A DNA stretch of 59,908 nucleotides, filler included, from 9 parts of 9 records of this genome joined end to end with filler, not necessarily neighbours in it, one strand, 5' to 3'; counted from the first letter of the whole stretch, positions 30,371 to 41,101 are shown. Notes: generated by a model from the letters alone, not told the origin. A program made the numbers and translations.

Positions 30371-32650
30371 TTAATTGCCCATATGTGCGACGCGTTGCGC
30401 ATTGCTCATTGAGCTACTGGTCATCCGAATAGGTTTTCCCACGCTGTGGATCCTGTCAGGCGCATTATTAATCATCTGCATGTAATCGTTGTTGATGCTC
30501 ACGGCATCACTGAGCGATAAGATTCGGTCGTATTTGCCGAATAGATGAAATGTCCCCCCGATCTGTCGGTCCCCGTCAATTTTTGATCCAATTGCCAACA
30601 AATCATCCCCATCAAAGGTAGGGTTGCTGAACGGCACATCCGAGCAACCCATCAGCGCCTTGTCAATGTATAGGCACCTCTCCTCCCCAGAGTCATCGGA
30701 GGTATAAACGAGAGTGTGGAACCGTTTATTGAAGACATCCTGAACACCGGGCCATATCGCCGTGTTCCCGTCGCCGCCTGTATCGGCCCGGATCTCGGTA
30801 TCGCCCTCGTAACGCTCTAATTGTAGATCTCGTACTGATGCCTCTTGGTAAAAGAAAAGCTTTCCGTAATCTCCAAAAGCTTGGTCATTAGCGGAAGTGA
30901 ATGCGATCACGATTGAAAAATCATCGGGTAGGGAGTCTAACGGCATCGCAGTGATGCTGCCGATACTGTTCATTGTCAGGCCGTAGCTCACATCATTCTT
31001 TTTTAGCCATGCGGGATTTGTCAGCCCGGCGTCATGCCCGTTCCCGGATAGATCGTTGGCGATATTCCCCTCACCATCATAAAATAAATACAGGTGCGTG
31101 GGATCGCCGTATGTATTGCCGGTATCAAGGGATGGATCAGTCCCTGAGGGCGTTGAGCACGATGTCCAGCAAGTCTCACTCCCCGAGCAAAACCAATCGC
31201 CATCGGGCAATGCGGTGCCGGATCCGGTATCGCAACACTCGCCGCCCAGCTCCCCGCAGGTACTGGCGGTTGGATCTTCACCTACGAAAAGAAAATCATC
31301 GCTATCGATTGTTCCGGCAGTCAACGAGTCGAACCATGCCGCATTGTTAACTGGCGTCGGCACGGTGTAGTTCGCCGGAGCGGCGTGGGCATCACCTGTA
31401 ACGTTGGTATTAAAATAGTTTTCTCCCCAAGTAAAACCAGCCGGGGAATAATTGTTGCCATGCACTCTTGTAGGAGTGCCTGAATAAACATACGAATAAT
31501 TGGGTTCTTCGACCCCTATCGTATTGTTGGACCAATTCGGGTCGTTGTTTGAGATAAGTACATTATAGATACAATCAAAAAAACGATTGCCATATATCTT
31601 GTTGTTCGATTGATACGCTCCGACAGTATTACCAGCCCCAAGGATCGCTATGCCTGCTTTCCCGCCAGCAAGGTAATTGTGGTGAATTTTAAGATTGCCG
31701 GTAACATGGGGCTTTACACCTACATGGGACTCACAATCCATGGCGACAAGGAAGTCCTGCCATTCGTTCTCATTAGGCGGCTGGTTTGCTTCACCGGATT
31801 CATACACCACATTGTAGCCAAATTCCGCATCTCTAGCATTCGCCATGTACAAATGGAATGATCGGCAGTCATATATTGTGCAATACTCGACGGTTGTGTA
31901 TCGAGCCCCTTTGTAGACACCAATGCCTTCCCATCCATAATGTACAGTGCAACCTCGGACCACATTGTAGTTTGTCAAGCCTTCTTCGCCCATACCAGCG
32001 ACGTCTATGCTGGCTCCGGCATATGAGTAGCCGGCGGCGGTCTGTGTTTTAACAGTGCAAGCATTATAAACTTGACAAGCCTCGATCAGGTTATATGACC
32101 CCCTGACCATTGTAATGCCCTCTCGGGCGGGGGAGTCTATAAAGCAATTTAGGATCCGGTTGTGGTCACTATGGTACCCTTGAGCTGTATATGCGTATCC
32201 TATTTTTACGCCATTTCCATACGAATTTTTTATCTCTAAATCTTGAAGGGTCACATACCCGTCATTATTCCACGCCTGAACTAATCCTGCATCTCTTGAT
32301 GATGGGACGGACCCACCACCATCCAAAACGGGCCGAGCGCCCCCGTTGAGAGTAAAAACCCCCTCATCGGAGTATGCGCCGATAACCACGCGATCGGAAT
32401 CATGCCCCGCCCAATCAATATCCAGTTTATCTGTCATGGAGCAGGTTGTACCGACCTTGAAATATAGGTCGTCGCCATCGATAAATGCGTGGCCGTTTAC
32501 TGCCGCGATTGTGTAAAACGGGTTATCATAGGTACCGGCATTAGTGGACGTGCCGGACCTGGTTGGATCGAAATAATGCGTCGTACCAGCAAACGAGATT
32601 ATCGGCAGGATCAAAAGCAATAAAGCGGCCAACGCTATGATTTTTCGCAC
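30371..32650 (-). CDS. Secreted right-handed beta-helix (pectate lyase-like) protein with Cys-rich linker and C-terminal LamG/ConA-like domain
   Basis: Signal peptide MRKIIALAALLLLILPIISFA. Beta-helix-type repeats (HNRILNCFI, YNLIEACQV, YNVVRGCTV, YTTVEYCTI). LamG-like end with DLSGNGHDA, FHTLVYT and YDRILS. Confidence 0.8.
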   Translation of the reverse strand: MRKIIALAALLLLILPIISFAGTTHYFDPTRSGTSTNAGTYDNPFYTIAAVNGHAFIDGDDLYFKVGTTCSMTDKLDIDWAGHDSDRVVIGAYSDEGVFTLNGGARPVLDGGGSVPSSRDAGLVQAWNNDGYVTLQDLEIKNSYGNGVKIGYAYTAQGYHSDHNRILNCFIDSPAREGITMVRGSYNLIEACQVYNACTVKTQTAAGYSYAGASIDVAGMGEEGLTNYNVVRGCTVHYGWEGIGVYKGARYTTVEYCTIYDCRSFHLYMANARDAEFGYNVVYESGEANQPPNENEWQDFLVAMDCESHVGVKPHVTGNLKIHHNYLAGGKAGIAILGAGNTVGAYQSNNKIYGNRFFDCIYNVLISNNDPNWSNNTIGVEEPNYSYVYSGTPTRVHGNNYSPAGFTWGENYFNTNVTGDAHAAPANYTVPTPVNNAAWFDSLTAGTIDSDDFLFVGEDPTASTCGELGGECCDTGSGTALPDGDWFCSGSETCWTSCSTPSGTDPSLDTGNTYGDPTHLYLFYDGEGNIANDLSGNGHDAGLTNPAWLKKNDVSYGLTMNSIGSITAMPLDSLPDDFSIVIAFTSANDQAFGDYGKLFFYQEASVRDLQLERYEGDTEIRADTGGDGNTAIWPGVQDVFNKRFHTLVYTSDDSGEERCLYIDKALMGCSDVPFSNPTFDGDDLLAIGSKIDGDRQIGGTFHLFGKYDRILSLSDAVSINNDYMQMINNAPDRIHSVGKPIRMTSSSMSNAQRVAHMGN

Positions 32651-32652
32651 GG

Positions 32653-33374
32653 TTACTCCTGCATTGTGAATATCGAAAAAACCAGGTTGTCATCCGCATC
32701 AGACGTCGTCAGATTGCCGTTTGATGCAGCCCAAGCCCCCATCCCAACGGTATTCGATGTTGATGTGCCCTGATCATTATAGAATCGAGCGCTACAATAA
32801 ATGGCGGCATCATACGAACCAAGAGTATCCGCAGATAGTCCGGACGATATCGATTTAATGGCCACCGCAAAATATGTGCTGCCAGAGTATATCGCCGCTG
32901 CCTGTACCGAAAAATGAATTGAACATCCCCATAGTTCCAACTTTCGCTACCGTCGACTTTATCGGATCTGGCAATGATATTTGTGGACCAATCGGTCACG
33001 AAATTATAGGAGCCATCCAACGGGATCACCTCGATGTAATAGTCTCGGCCATCTAATCCGGATTGAGGATTGCCGAGTGCAAAGGTAACCTCGCAGACCG
33101 TCGGGCCGCTACTGCCGTCAATAATGACGCCGTTGTACTCAGCCGCGTTATACCGCCCGATCTCCGTAATGTTGGTATAGCTGGTGTTTGATGTCCAAAT
33201 TTGGCATGTTTCTGAAGAACTGAAATCCACATCAATTTGGCCGATTTTCTTGGCTCGCCTCGGATCATGCGTCCCCAAAAACTTGGCAATGGAGACATCA
33301 TGCGGCCCAAGTTCCTGGGCGCTGGAAAACGCCGCCCATAAGACCATCCCTGCCAGGATCAGCAAACGCCGCAT
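32653..33374 (-). CDS. Secreted hypothetical beta-rich phage protein, one frameshift
   Basis: Signal peptide MRRLLILAGMVLWAAFSSA. The ORFs 32709-33374 and 32653-32940 join if one base is added to the A-run at 32910-32914, ending at a TAA just before the next RBS and start. Confidence 0.7.
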
Positions 33375-34372
33375 CAGTCAGCCCCCCGCACCATATGAAC
33401 CCGAGAAAAGTCGAAATACACCTTGGTGGACGTCTCTGCCGTCCCGACCCACTGCGAACAATCGTTCTCAACATCGTAAAGGGATGAATCCGTGCAGACC
33501 ACCAGTTCGCCGGGGGTTTCAGAGAGGCAAACTTTATCTTTCGGTGCCCATGCCCACGATGCGTCCACATAGCGGCCGTGTGTCATGAGCAAAATCGGTT
33601 CGCCATCGTCCGCAGACGAATCGTCAAGATCATCTGCACCGATTGACGCTGCCCCAACGGATATCCCCATTGCTGGGTAGAGATTGGTATCATTGGCATC
33701 GGCAAGGTAATATTCGTCGTCTAAGCCAATGGCCACAACTTTACCGGCGGCAACGGTTTCTCCAACGATTACTGTTGAATTTGGACCGAGGGAAAATTTG
33801 CCAGTGCCGGTGATAGTTGAGTCAGATGACATTGGCGGCAGTTGGAGGCCGTTAGCTATGTCCCAGGTCATGTAGGGTTCTTCATCACCTTCTATGACGA
33901 CCTGGAGTTGCTCATTCCCACCCCCCAGATCGACAATGCGTACTCTCGTATCGTTTAAAGCTATTTCATATGAGCTGCTTGCGGGGTCACTGGCATAGCC
34001 CCAATATGTATCCCAGTCCGACCCAGTCCCAGGTTCGTTGACGTCCACCCCCGTGGCATCGGATGTGTGGTTCTGGCGCGCATAATAAAGGTACCCGTTG
34101 TGTGAGACGTGCTGATTAACCACATAATCGGTATCCTCATACCAAAAAGTTACAGCGATATCCGATGAGCGTGCGAATGCCCCCGGCGGGAAAAGCACCA
34201 TGCGCCAGTGCTCGGTATCATTGTCGGCTATCCCGACAATGCTATCCGTTGGTTCTGGCGTCTCTTTGGCAGGGTAAAGTTTGGATGGTCCTGCTTTTGA
34301 TTGGCCCGGTAGAAAAACGAATGCACTTACCATTGCCAAAATCACCAACGCCAAAAAAATGTGTCGTTTCAT
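33374..34372 (-). CDS. Secreted phage protein with CBM5/12-like module and capsid-cement (DUF2190)-like C-terminus
   Basis: Signal peptide MKRHIFLALVILAMVSAFVFLPGQSKA. WYEDTDYVVNQHVSHNGYLYYARQNHTS...EPG...W resembles ChtBD3/CBM12. GETVAAGKVV..YYLADA..PAMGI..GRY..LSETPGEL resembles virion decoration domains. Confidence 0.65.
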   Translation of the reverse strand: MKRHIFLALVILAMVSAFVFLPGQSKAGPSKLYPAKETPEPTDSIVGIADNDTEHWRMVLFPPGAFARSSDIAVTFWYEDTDYVVNQHVSHNGYLYYARQNHTSDATGVDVNEPGTGSDWDTYWGYASDPASSSYEIALNDTRVRIVDLGGGNEQLQVVIEGDEEPYMTWDIANGLQLPPMSSDSTITGTGKFSLGPNSTVIVGETVAAGKVVAIGLDDEYYLADANDTNLYPAMGISVGAASIGADDLDDSSADDGEPILLMTHGRYVDASWAWAPKDKVCLSETPGELVVCTDSSLYDVENDCSQWVGTAETSTKVYFDFSRVHMVRGAD

Positions 34373-34397
34373 CTTCTTTACCCATTCGATCGTATCG

Positions 34398-35096
34398 CTA
34401 TTGTTTATAAACCCACCACACATCCAGCAGGTTGCTGTTAAAATTACGATCCGCGCCCGAGGAAACGTAACCGACCAACTGTAGCGTCAGCGTTCCGGCT
34501 GCAGTGACACGCACCGGCCACGCATCTCTCATTCGAGGGCTGCCGGTCATCCCACCGGCACTGTCCGGTGCAAAATAATCGTTACGCTGGTTGGGGATAG
34601 ACACAGTTGCCGTGCCGGCGGATTGAATCAACTCCAGCCATTGCCATCGGGATCCATCCGGGATGGCCGGTCTTGCGGACCCCGTTACCATCGCAAAATC
34701 ACCCGCGACCACGGACCCGCAATTCAAAGCGATCAATGTCGCCCCACCTGTGCCGACGGTGATGGACGTGCTGGATCCGCTCTGTTCGCTCTGGGTGAGT
34801 CTTCCGCCGAAATCGACATTGGGGACGTCGGACAATCCGACCTGACTTTTTGTTACGCTGTGGGGATTGTTGGTTAAGTTGGCATGTGCGTTAATAAGCA
34901 GATTGATCGCGGCCAGGATTTGACCATCGGTGGCCTTGTTGGGTGCTATGCCGGCCGCCGTGAGTATCGCGATCAGCTCCCGCTGGACGCTATTGAGCCA
35001 ATCGGCAGAGACCTCGGTGGCCAGTATCCCTGAGCCTGCGTCTCCTTCTGTAAACTCATTTTCAGCCGTCGCGTTCGGGGAATCTATTTTATGCAT
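34398..35096 (-). CDS. Short phage tail fibre (Mu gp49-like N-terminus)
   Basis: MHKIDSPNAT..FTEGD..ATEVSADWLNSVQRELIAILTAAGIAPNK baseplate-anchor motif, plus the NPHSVTKSQVGLSDV tail repeat. Confidence 0.85.
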   Translation of the reverse strand: MHKIDSPNATAENEFTEGDAGSGILATEVSADWLNSVQRELIAILTAAGIAPNKATDGQILAAINLLINAHANLTNNPHSVTKSQVGLSDVPNVDFGGRLTQSEQSGSSTSITVGTGGATLIALNCGSVVAGDFAMVTGSARPAIPDGSRWQWLELIQSAGTATVSIPNQRNDYFAPDSAGGMTGSPRMRDAWPVRVTAAGTLTLQLVGYVSSGADRNFNSNLLDVWWVYKQ

Positions 35097-35097
35097 G

Positions 35098-35545
35098 TTA
35101 CCCTCCGTATCCGAACAACAGTGACAAATGCGCCGGGGCCACTTCATTGATTGTGCATTCCAGTATTTCGTTGCCCCAGGTCCGTATCCGCTCGCCGGCC
35201 CGGCCCGTTCCCGCCCGGAACCATCGCACCGTGGTTTCCGGAGCGTTTATCCGCCAGACCGTATGATCCCCGCCCACGTTCTCGTCGATGGTCACCTCGT
35301 AGCCAACGGATCTGGCCAGCTCCACAAAAAAACCGGGCCGTTGCCCGCCAATAAAGGCAATCCGGGCCATCAGCGCCTGGCGTCTTTGTTCGACGGTTTC
35401 GAGCGCCCCCAGGCACTGTCCAGGAAGCCCCCTGGAGGTTTCCCATTCGGTCAGCATTTCCAGGCAGCGTGATGGGTCCATTTCATCTAACAGGTCGTCT
35501 CCACGGCCATGAATTCGTTCGGGTTCTGCGGCCAACCCGGTCAGG
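35098..35545 (-). CDS. YmfQ / DUF2313 baseplate protein (Mu gp48-like), 5' truncated
   Basis: LLDEMDP..EMLTEWE..GLP..C, RRQAL, GGQ..FFVELA..GYEVTI, WGNEILECTINEVAPAH. Confidence 0.88.
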
Positions 35546-35645
35546 NNNNNNNNNNNNNNNNNNNNNNNNNNNNNNNNNNNNNNNNNNNNTTAATTAATTA
35601 ANNNNNNNNNNNNNNNNNNNNNNNNNNNNNNNNNNNNNNNNNNNN
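35546..35645. other. Artificial contig linker
   Basis: 44 N + TTAATTAATTAA + 44 N. Confidence 0.99.
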
Positions 35646-36226
35646 TAAATATTTCCAAAATACTGGTCATAATCATCGTTCTCCAAAATTTCTTCATCGG
35701 TAAAAGTACCCGTACTCATAGCAACACAAGTTGAAAAAAGCTCTGTATTTCGCATCGAAAGTTTTAAAGCACCATACCCACCCATTGAAAGACCGGCAAT
35801 AGCACGAAATTCTTTTTTTGGCCGAATGCGATATTCTTTTTCAATAAAAGGAATAAATTCCTGAATAAACATATCTTCCCAACGATCTTTACCGTCGAAA
35901 CTATTACAATACCAGCCCACTTTTCCATCGGGCATAATAATAATACACGGAGGAAAATCGCCATTTTCAATTCCTTTATCAGCAATTATATTGGCTTCTC
36001 CAAATTGAATCCAACCCGTTTCATCGTCGGAATAGCCATGCAATAAATAAACAACCGGGTAGTTTCTTTCAGAGGTTTCGTAATCCGATGGTAAATAAAC
36101 AGAATACTTCACCGGATAATCAACTATACTACTTTCGAATTCAAGCGATTCAATTACTTTTCCTTTTTGTGAAAATGCTGTTATCGCAAAAAATGAAATA
36201 CAAATAAAAGCTATTACTTTCTTCAT
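35646..36226 (-). CDS. Secreted esterase (alpha/beta hydrolase, CE1-like), 3' truncated
   Basis: YSVYLP, YPVVYLLHG, RAIAGLSMGGYGA. Confidence 0.88.
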
Positions 36227-36353
36227 GACTCAGGTTTAATTTAAATGATTAACAAAACTATCAATATTAAAATGAATAACATAATTCTGTTACAATTAGA
36301 ATTAAAACAAAGGCAAAATTTTAGTATGTTTAAAGAGCCGAATTAAACCATAA

Positions 36354-37920
36354 ATGCAAAATACATACGATTATATAGTAATTGGCTCCGGTTTTGGGGG
36401 CAGTGTTTCTTCCATGCGACTGGCAGAAAAAGGATATTCGGTGCTGACCATTGAAAAAGGCCGGCGGTTTAAAACCGAGGATTTTCCAAAAACCAACTGG
36501 AATCTTAAAAAATATTTATGGTTGCCACAACTTGGATTTTTGGGATTCCAGAAACTCGACATTTTTAAACATGCTTTTATTTTGAGTGGCACCGGTGTTG
36601 GCGGTGGTAGCCTTGTTTATGCAAATACACTGATGATTCCTCACGATGAATTTTTTGCAAATAAACAATGGGCTGAATTTAACGAGTGGAAAAAAGAGCT
36701 AAAACCATTTTATGAAAAAGCCGGTTTTATGCTGGGGCGAACCAAATTTGAAAAACAAAATACCGAAGACAAATTATTACATGAAGTGGCCAAAGATTTA
36801 GGAAAGGAAGACTCGTTTGACAATGTTTATGTTGCAGTTTATTTTAACGACAATGAAACCCCACGCGACCCATATTTTAATGGTGAAGGACTGCTGCGAA
36901 AGCCTTGCACTAATTGTGCAGGTTGTATGGTTGGTTGCCGCGAAAATGCAAAAAATACGCTCGATAAAAATTATTTGTGGTTTGCTGAAAAAAGGGAGCA
37001 GAAATTCTTTCGGAAAAAAATGTTTGGAAAATTGAATTTGTTGATGGTGAATATCAAATTCACACAAAAAAAACCGGTGGCATTTTTCCTAAAAGAATAC
37101 AATATATAAATCAAAAGGACTAATTGTGTCGGGAGGTGTTTTGGGAACATTAAAGTTATTGTTGAATCAAAAACATATTTATAAAACTTTACCCAAGTTA
37201 TCAGATTCGCTGGGTAAAATTGTGCGTACCAATTCAGAAACACTTTGTACCGCTACCCTCTCCGACCAAAAACTAAATAACAGCATTGCCATAAGTTCTA
37301 TTTTCAAGCCAAATAACGACACTTCAATTGAAATAGTAAAATACCCCAACAAATCGAATCTGATGCGTAATTTGCTTACAATTGCCACAAATAAAAGGAG
37401 TTCAAACAGATTACGGGTATTACATTTTTTAGGAAAAATAATTACCCGTCCTGGATTGTTTTTCAGAATGCTGTTTAACCGGAACTGGGCCGAGAATACC
37501 ATAATATTTCTTGTTATGCAAACTGTCGATACCAAAATGCGTTTTGTACTTAAAAAATGGCCATTCCGCAGGAAACTTACGTTGCACAATAATGGCGATG
37601 AAAGTGTTCAGGCTTATTTGCCGGTAGGACAAGACATAATGCATCGTTTTGCAAAAAAAGCAAATGCACATCCGCAAAATTCAACGCTTGAAATTTTAAT
37701 GAATGTGCCCTCTACTGCACATATTCTTGGTGGTGCACCAATGAGTAATTCAGATAATAACGGAGTTGTTAATCCCGATTTTAAAGTGCATAATTATCCA
37801 AATATGTATATTCTGGATGGTTCTGTTGTTCAGGGAAACCTGGGTGTAAATCCCAGTTTTACAATTACTGCTTTGGCAGAATATGCTATGAGTAAAATTC
37901 CTGAAAAGAACAATTCATAA
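36354..37920 (+). CDS. GMC oxidoreductase (cholesterol oxidase-like), two frameshifts
   Basis: IGSGFGGSV, GVGGGSLVYAN, CMVGC..AKNTLDKNYL, TAHILGGAPM, LGVNPSFTITALAE. Frame breaks lie in A-runs near 36988-36993 and ~37091. Confidence 0.88.
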
Positions 37921-37947
37921 CGAATTCAAATAAATTACCTTCCGGAA

Positions 37948-38673
37948 TTAATAAAACACTTCTCCTGAAATACTAAGTTTAACATCCTGTTCAGTGAGTT
38001 TTAATTCATGATTTTCGAGAGCAGCCTGTACCACACTTTTATTGTAGTTATTTACCTCTTTTGAATTTAAAAAATCTTCAGGATTTATCCATTTTGCATC
38101 AGCAATTTCGCTTAAATCGTTTATGGAAATTTCTTTTGTGAACGGTTTTGCTGTACATACTATATAAAGGTTTGAAGCTCCAAACTGGCCATTTCTAAAA
38201 TGCCCGATATTTAAAATCGATTCAAATTCAACATCAATTCCGGTTTCCTCAAATACTTCTCTTTTAACCGCTTCTTTTATCGATTCATTTTTATCAACAT
38301 ATCCTCCGGGTAGTTTGTATCCAGCTGAAAATCTATCTTTTACCACAAGTATTTGTTCCCCGTTTCGTACAACAGCTCCAACCCCTACAATAAAATTTTT
38401 TGTTGTAGGAACCATTGCATCCTGCACCATTTTCTTTACAAGTGTTACACTTTTTTCTTCACAATGATGAAATTCAAAATCAAGTTTGGTAAGTACCGGG
38501 ATAAATTCAGATTTTTCAATAGGCAATTCTACCCATAACAAATTTTTATTACCAAAAGTATTCACAAGTAGTACAATTTCTTTTCTGAAATCATCTGTTT
38601 TTTCAGGGAGAGTTGTAATATCAACAGTAACTCCATTGTACTTATTTTCAATTGTTTTAATCATAAATCGCAT
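37948..38673 (-). CDS. NUDIX hydrolase (NUDT6-like)
   Basis: Nudix box GGYVDKNESIKEAVKREVFEETGI, plus an N-terminal W.ELP...FEFHH domain. Confidence 0.9.
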   Translation of the reverse strand: MRFMIKTIENKYNGVTVDITTLPEKTDDFRKEIVLLVNTFGNKNLLWVELPIEKSEFIPVLTKLDFEFHHCEEKSVTLVKKMVQDAMVPTTKNFIVGVGAVVRNGEQILVVKDRFSAGYKLPGGYVDKNESIKEAVKREVFEETGIDVEFESILNIGHFRNGQFGASNLYIVCTAKPFTKEISINDLSEIADAKWINPEDFLNSKEVNNYNKSVVQAALENHELKLTEQDVKLSISGEVFY

Positions 38674-38701
38674 TAATGATTTGGTTGAAACTGATAAAAT
38701 G

Positions 38702-39325
38702 TTACCGATCGTTTAATCCTTTTCCACTTAGAATTTGTGGCATACATTTTTCAATTCTCGATTCACGGGTTTTTGATTGTTTTGGTGCCGAGAAATGCAG
38801 TAAATATCCTCTTTGTCGTCCCGGTGCTAGTTTATAAAAAGCTGTTTCCAGAACCGGAAATTCATTTAGTTTATTTTGAAATTCTTCGGGAATATTAAAT
38901 TCTGAACTTTTTTTGAAATTAACTTTTAAACCAGCTTTCTCTACTTCAACAGCTTCAAAAATATATTCTTTAATTTTCGATTCAAGCTTTATAATTTCAT
39001 CAACATTAGTAAATCGAAAAAGACGTGCTGCCTGAGAATTTTCGCCCGGTTTTTTCAAAATTTTACCGGCATCTTTTAACAGGGTTCCTTTAAAAAAACT
39101 AAGCGAACAGTATTCTTTAAAAGCTGTAACCAGAACAACATTACTTTTCTGAAATGTATAACAGGGAACACCCCACTTAACTTCTTCGGTTAATCCACAA
39201 TCAAGAACAATCTTTCTCAATTTCTCTAACTCATCACGCCAGTTATTTACTTTGCATTGCGGTGTAGCACCCAACGGACAACGCCCGCAACCATCAATTA
39301 AATAGCTGTCAACTTGTGGATTCAT
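38702..39325 (-). CDS. YdeI/OmpD-associated (DUF1801) family protein
   Basis: EEVKWGVPCY, SFFKG.LLKD, AFYKLAPGRQRGY, KQSKTRESRIEK. Confidence 0.9.
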   Translation of the reverse strand: MNPQVDSYLIDGCGRCPLGATPQCKVNNWRDELEKLRKIVLDCGLTEEVKWGVPCYTFQKSNVVLVTAFKEYCSLSFFKGTLLKDAGKILKKPGENSQAARLFRFTNVDEIIKLESKIKEYIFEAVEVEKAGLKVNFKKSSEFNIPEEFQNKLNEFPVLETAFYKLAPGRQRGYLLHFSAPKQSKTRESRIEKCMPQILSGKGLNDR

Positions 39326-39402
39326 TATTACAATTTTACTGATAATAAGTGCTTAAATTTCTAACCGTTAAAATAATTTATAATCAAAATCTACAATATG
39401 AA

Positions 39403-40299
39403 TTAATTCTTTGCATGTAATATTTTCGATACACTTTTATTTAAAAAATCTTTATAACCAGTATCAAATTTAAATTCTCCAATTTCTATTAAAGGTTTAT
39501 TTTTGCCATGAAAATCGCTGCCACAGGTCATAGTATAATTTCCGGCAACCGCCACTTCAGCAAAAAATTTAATTTGCTTCGAATTGTGATAATTATTAAA
39601 AACTTCCAATCCTTCTGCTCCTTTTTCAAGCAATTTTGTAATCACTTCTTCTTTGCCCTTTAAGTTCATTCCCGGATGTGCTACAATTGGAATTCCTCCA
39701 TTATCTTTTATTAATTCAATAGCATTACCAAAATTCATATATTCTGTTTTTACATAAGCTGGTTTTCCTTGTGCAAAAAAGTCGTGATAAAAATTTATGT
39801 ACGGCATATCACTTCTGTCTCCACCAGGTAAATATGGATTTAACTTTTTATTTGAATGATAATAAGAATTTGTCAGTAAAACTTCGGCGATCAATTCGCC
39901 ACATGGTAATTTCCCATTTGATTTTTCCAGCACCTCATTTCCATTGACTTCTATTCCCGATTGAGCCAGATTTTCAATCATTTGAGGAAATGAATCCATA
40001 ACTTTTGTATGAATAGATTTTTCCAATTCAGCAAAATCATTACTCTGCCAATTTATGTTGTAGCCCAAAACATGTAAATCGATTCCATTGTAAGAACAAT
40101 CTATTTCAATACCGGGAATAAACTCAATTCCGTGGCTTGCACATATCGGAATGGCCTCAGTTATTCCTCCTATACAATTGTGATCGGTAATCGATAAAAT
40201 TTCCACTTTATTTTCAAGGCTTTTTTCAACTATTTTCTGAATTTCAAACTCTCCGTCGTTACTATAATTTGAGTGAATATGTAAATCTGCCTTTTTCAT
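39403..40299 (-). CDS. PHP domain phosphoesterase
   Basis: DLHIHS, ITDHN, GIEI, HVLGY, AHPG, GSDFHG. Confidence 0.92.
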   Translation of the reverse strand: MKKADLHIHSNYSNDGEFEIQKIVEKSLENKVEILSITDHNCIGGITEAIPICASHGIEFIPGIEIDCSYNGIDLHVLGYNINWQSNDFAELEKSIHTKVMDSFPQMIENLAQSGIEVNGNEVLEKSNGKLPCGELIAEVLLTNSYYHSNKKLNPYLPGGDRSDMPYINFYHDFFAQGKPAYVKTEYMNFGNAIELIKDNGGIPIVAHPGMNLKGKEEVITKLLEKGAEGLEVFNNYHNSKQIKFFAEVAVAGNYTMTCGSDFHGKNKPLIEIGEFKFDTGYKDFLNKSVSKILHAKN

Positions 40300-40364
40300 G
40301 GTTTTAAATCAAATTTGGAATTTTAGCACGCAAAATACCTTTTTAAAGTTATTTACAGAAAACT

Positions 40365-40811
40365 TTATTTTTTCTTTTTAATAGGAATCCATATTTCTTC
40401 TTCTGAATCAGGGTCGTTATTTTTATACTTTTTTCCTAAAATTTCAAAATGCGGTCTGTCATCCAATTCATAAGCAGAATTTGGCAGCCAGGTTCCTAAG
40501 ATGTATTGGAAGATAGAACTATCAGTACTCAGGCCTTTATAATCGAAAACAGCATAAAGTCCGCCCGGCAATGTAAATCTTTCCAAATCGTTTGGAATAT
40601 CATTAAAATCTGAGACTTCAGTTGCTACCATTTTTTCAAACTCATTTGCTGGGTTAAAATTGATAAAATGATTTGGCTTATAAATTGCCATCGAAATTAA
40701 ATCACTATTCAGGTTATTATTAATCTCTTTTCGAAGGGGCATAAAACTTTTCCAAAGTTCGGCTACTTTAAAATGAGCTAAACTCATTGTAATCCATTTA
40801 CCAACTATTTT
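40365..40811 (-). CDS. GyrI-like small-molecule-binding domain protein (5' truncated)
   Basis: GGLYAVFDYKG, WLPNS.YELDDRPHFE, EEEIWIPI. Frame is open to the contig edge. Confidence 0.88.
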   Translation of the reverse strand, partial: KIVGKWITMSLAHFKVAELWKSFMPLRKEINNNLNSDLISMAIYKPNHFINFNPANEFEKMVATEVSDFNDIPNDLERFTLPGGLYAVFDYKGLSTDSSIFQYILGTWLPNSAYELDDRPHFEILGKKYKNNDPDSEEEIWIPIKKKK

Positions 40812-40813
40812 TT

Positions 40814-40913
40814 NNNNNNNNNNNNNNNNNNNNNNNNNNNNNNNNNNNNNNNNNNNNTTAATTAATTAANNNNNNNNNNNNNNNNNNNNNNNNNNNNNNN
40901 NNNNNNNNNNNNN
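40814..40913. other. Artificial contig linker
   Basis: 44 N + TTAATTAATTAA + 44 N. Confidence 0.99.
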
Positions 40914-40915
40914 GC

Positions 40916-41074
40916 ACGTATATAAAAGGTGAGCCGTGCCGTTTTCCGGATAAGCTGGTTTATTCCATGGAAGCCTGCGGTTTGTTTGTGAGCAAAGTCT
41001 GCACCGACAACGGTATGAAATACAATCACGGTCCAAATACCGTGGCGTATACGGCTTGCTTCCTGCTGGAATAA
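40916..41074 (+). CDS. DUF2284 metal-binding protein, C-terminal fragment
   Basis: TYIKGEPCRFPDKLVYSMEACGLFVSKVC...*, matching the PCRFP..SMEACG motif. Confidence 0.75.
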   Translation, partial: TYIKGEPCRFPDKLVYSMEACGLFVSKVCTDNGMKYNHGPNTVAYTACFLLE

Positions 41075-41101
41075 GTTGATTATATAAGTTAATACACTAT
41101 G

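Larger units (their letters stand above)
30160..35545 (-). mobile_element. Prophage end (tail module) adjacent to tRNA-Arg, probably integrated there
   Basis: YmfQ/Mu gp48-like and tail-fibre genes are transcribed toward the tRNA 3' end, with att-like repeats at 30160-30335. Confidence 0.8.

Noticed and set aside
30371..35545. Diversity-generating retroelement or tail-fibre inversion system
   Set aside because: No reverse transcriptase, invertase, TR/VR pair or inverted fibre cassette is seen in this contig.
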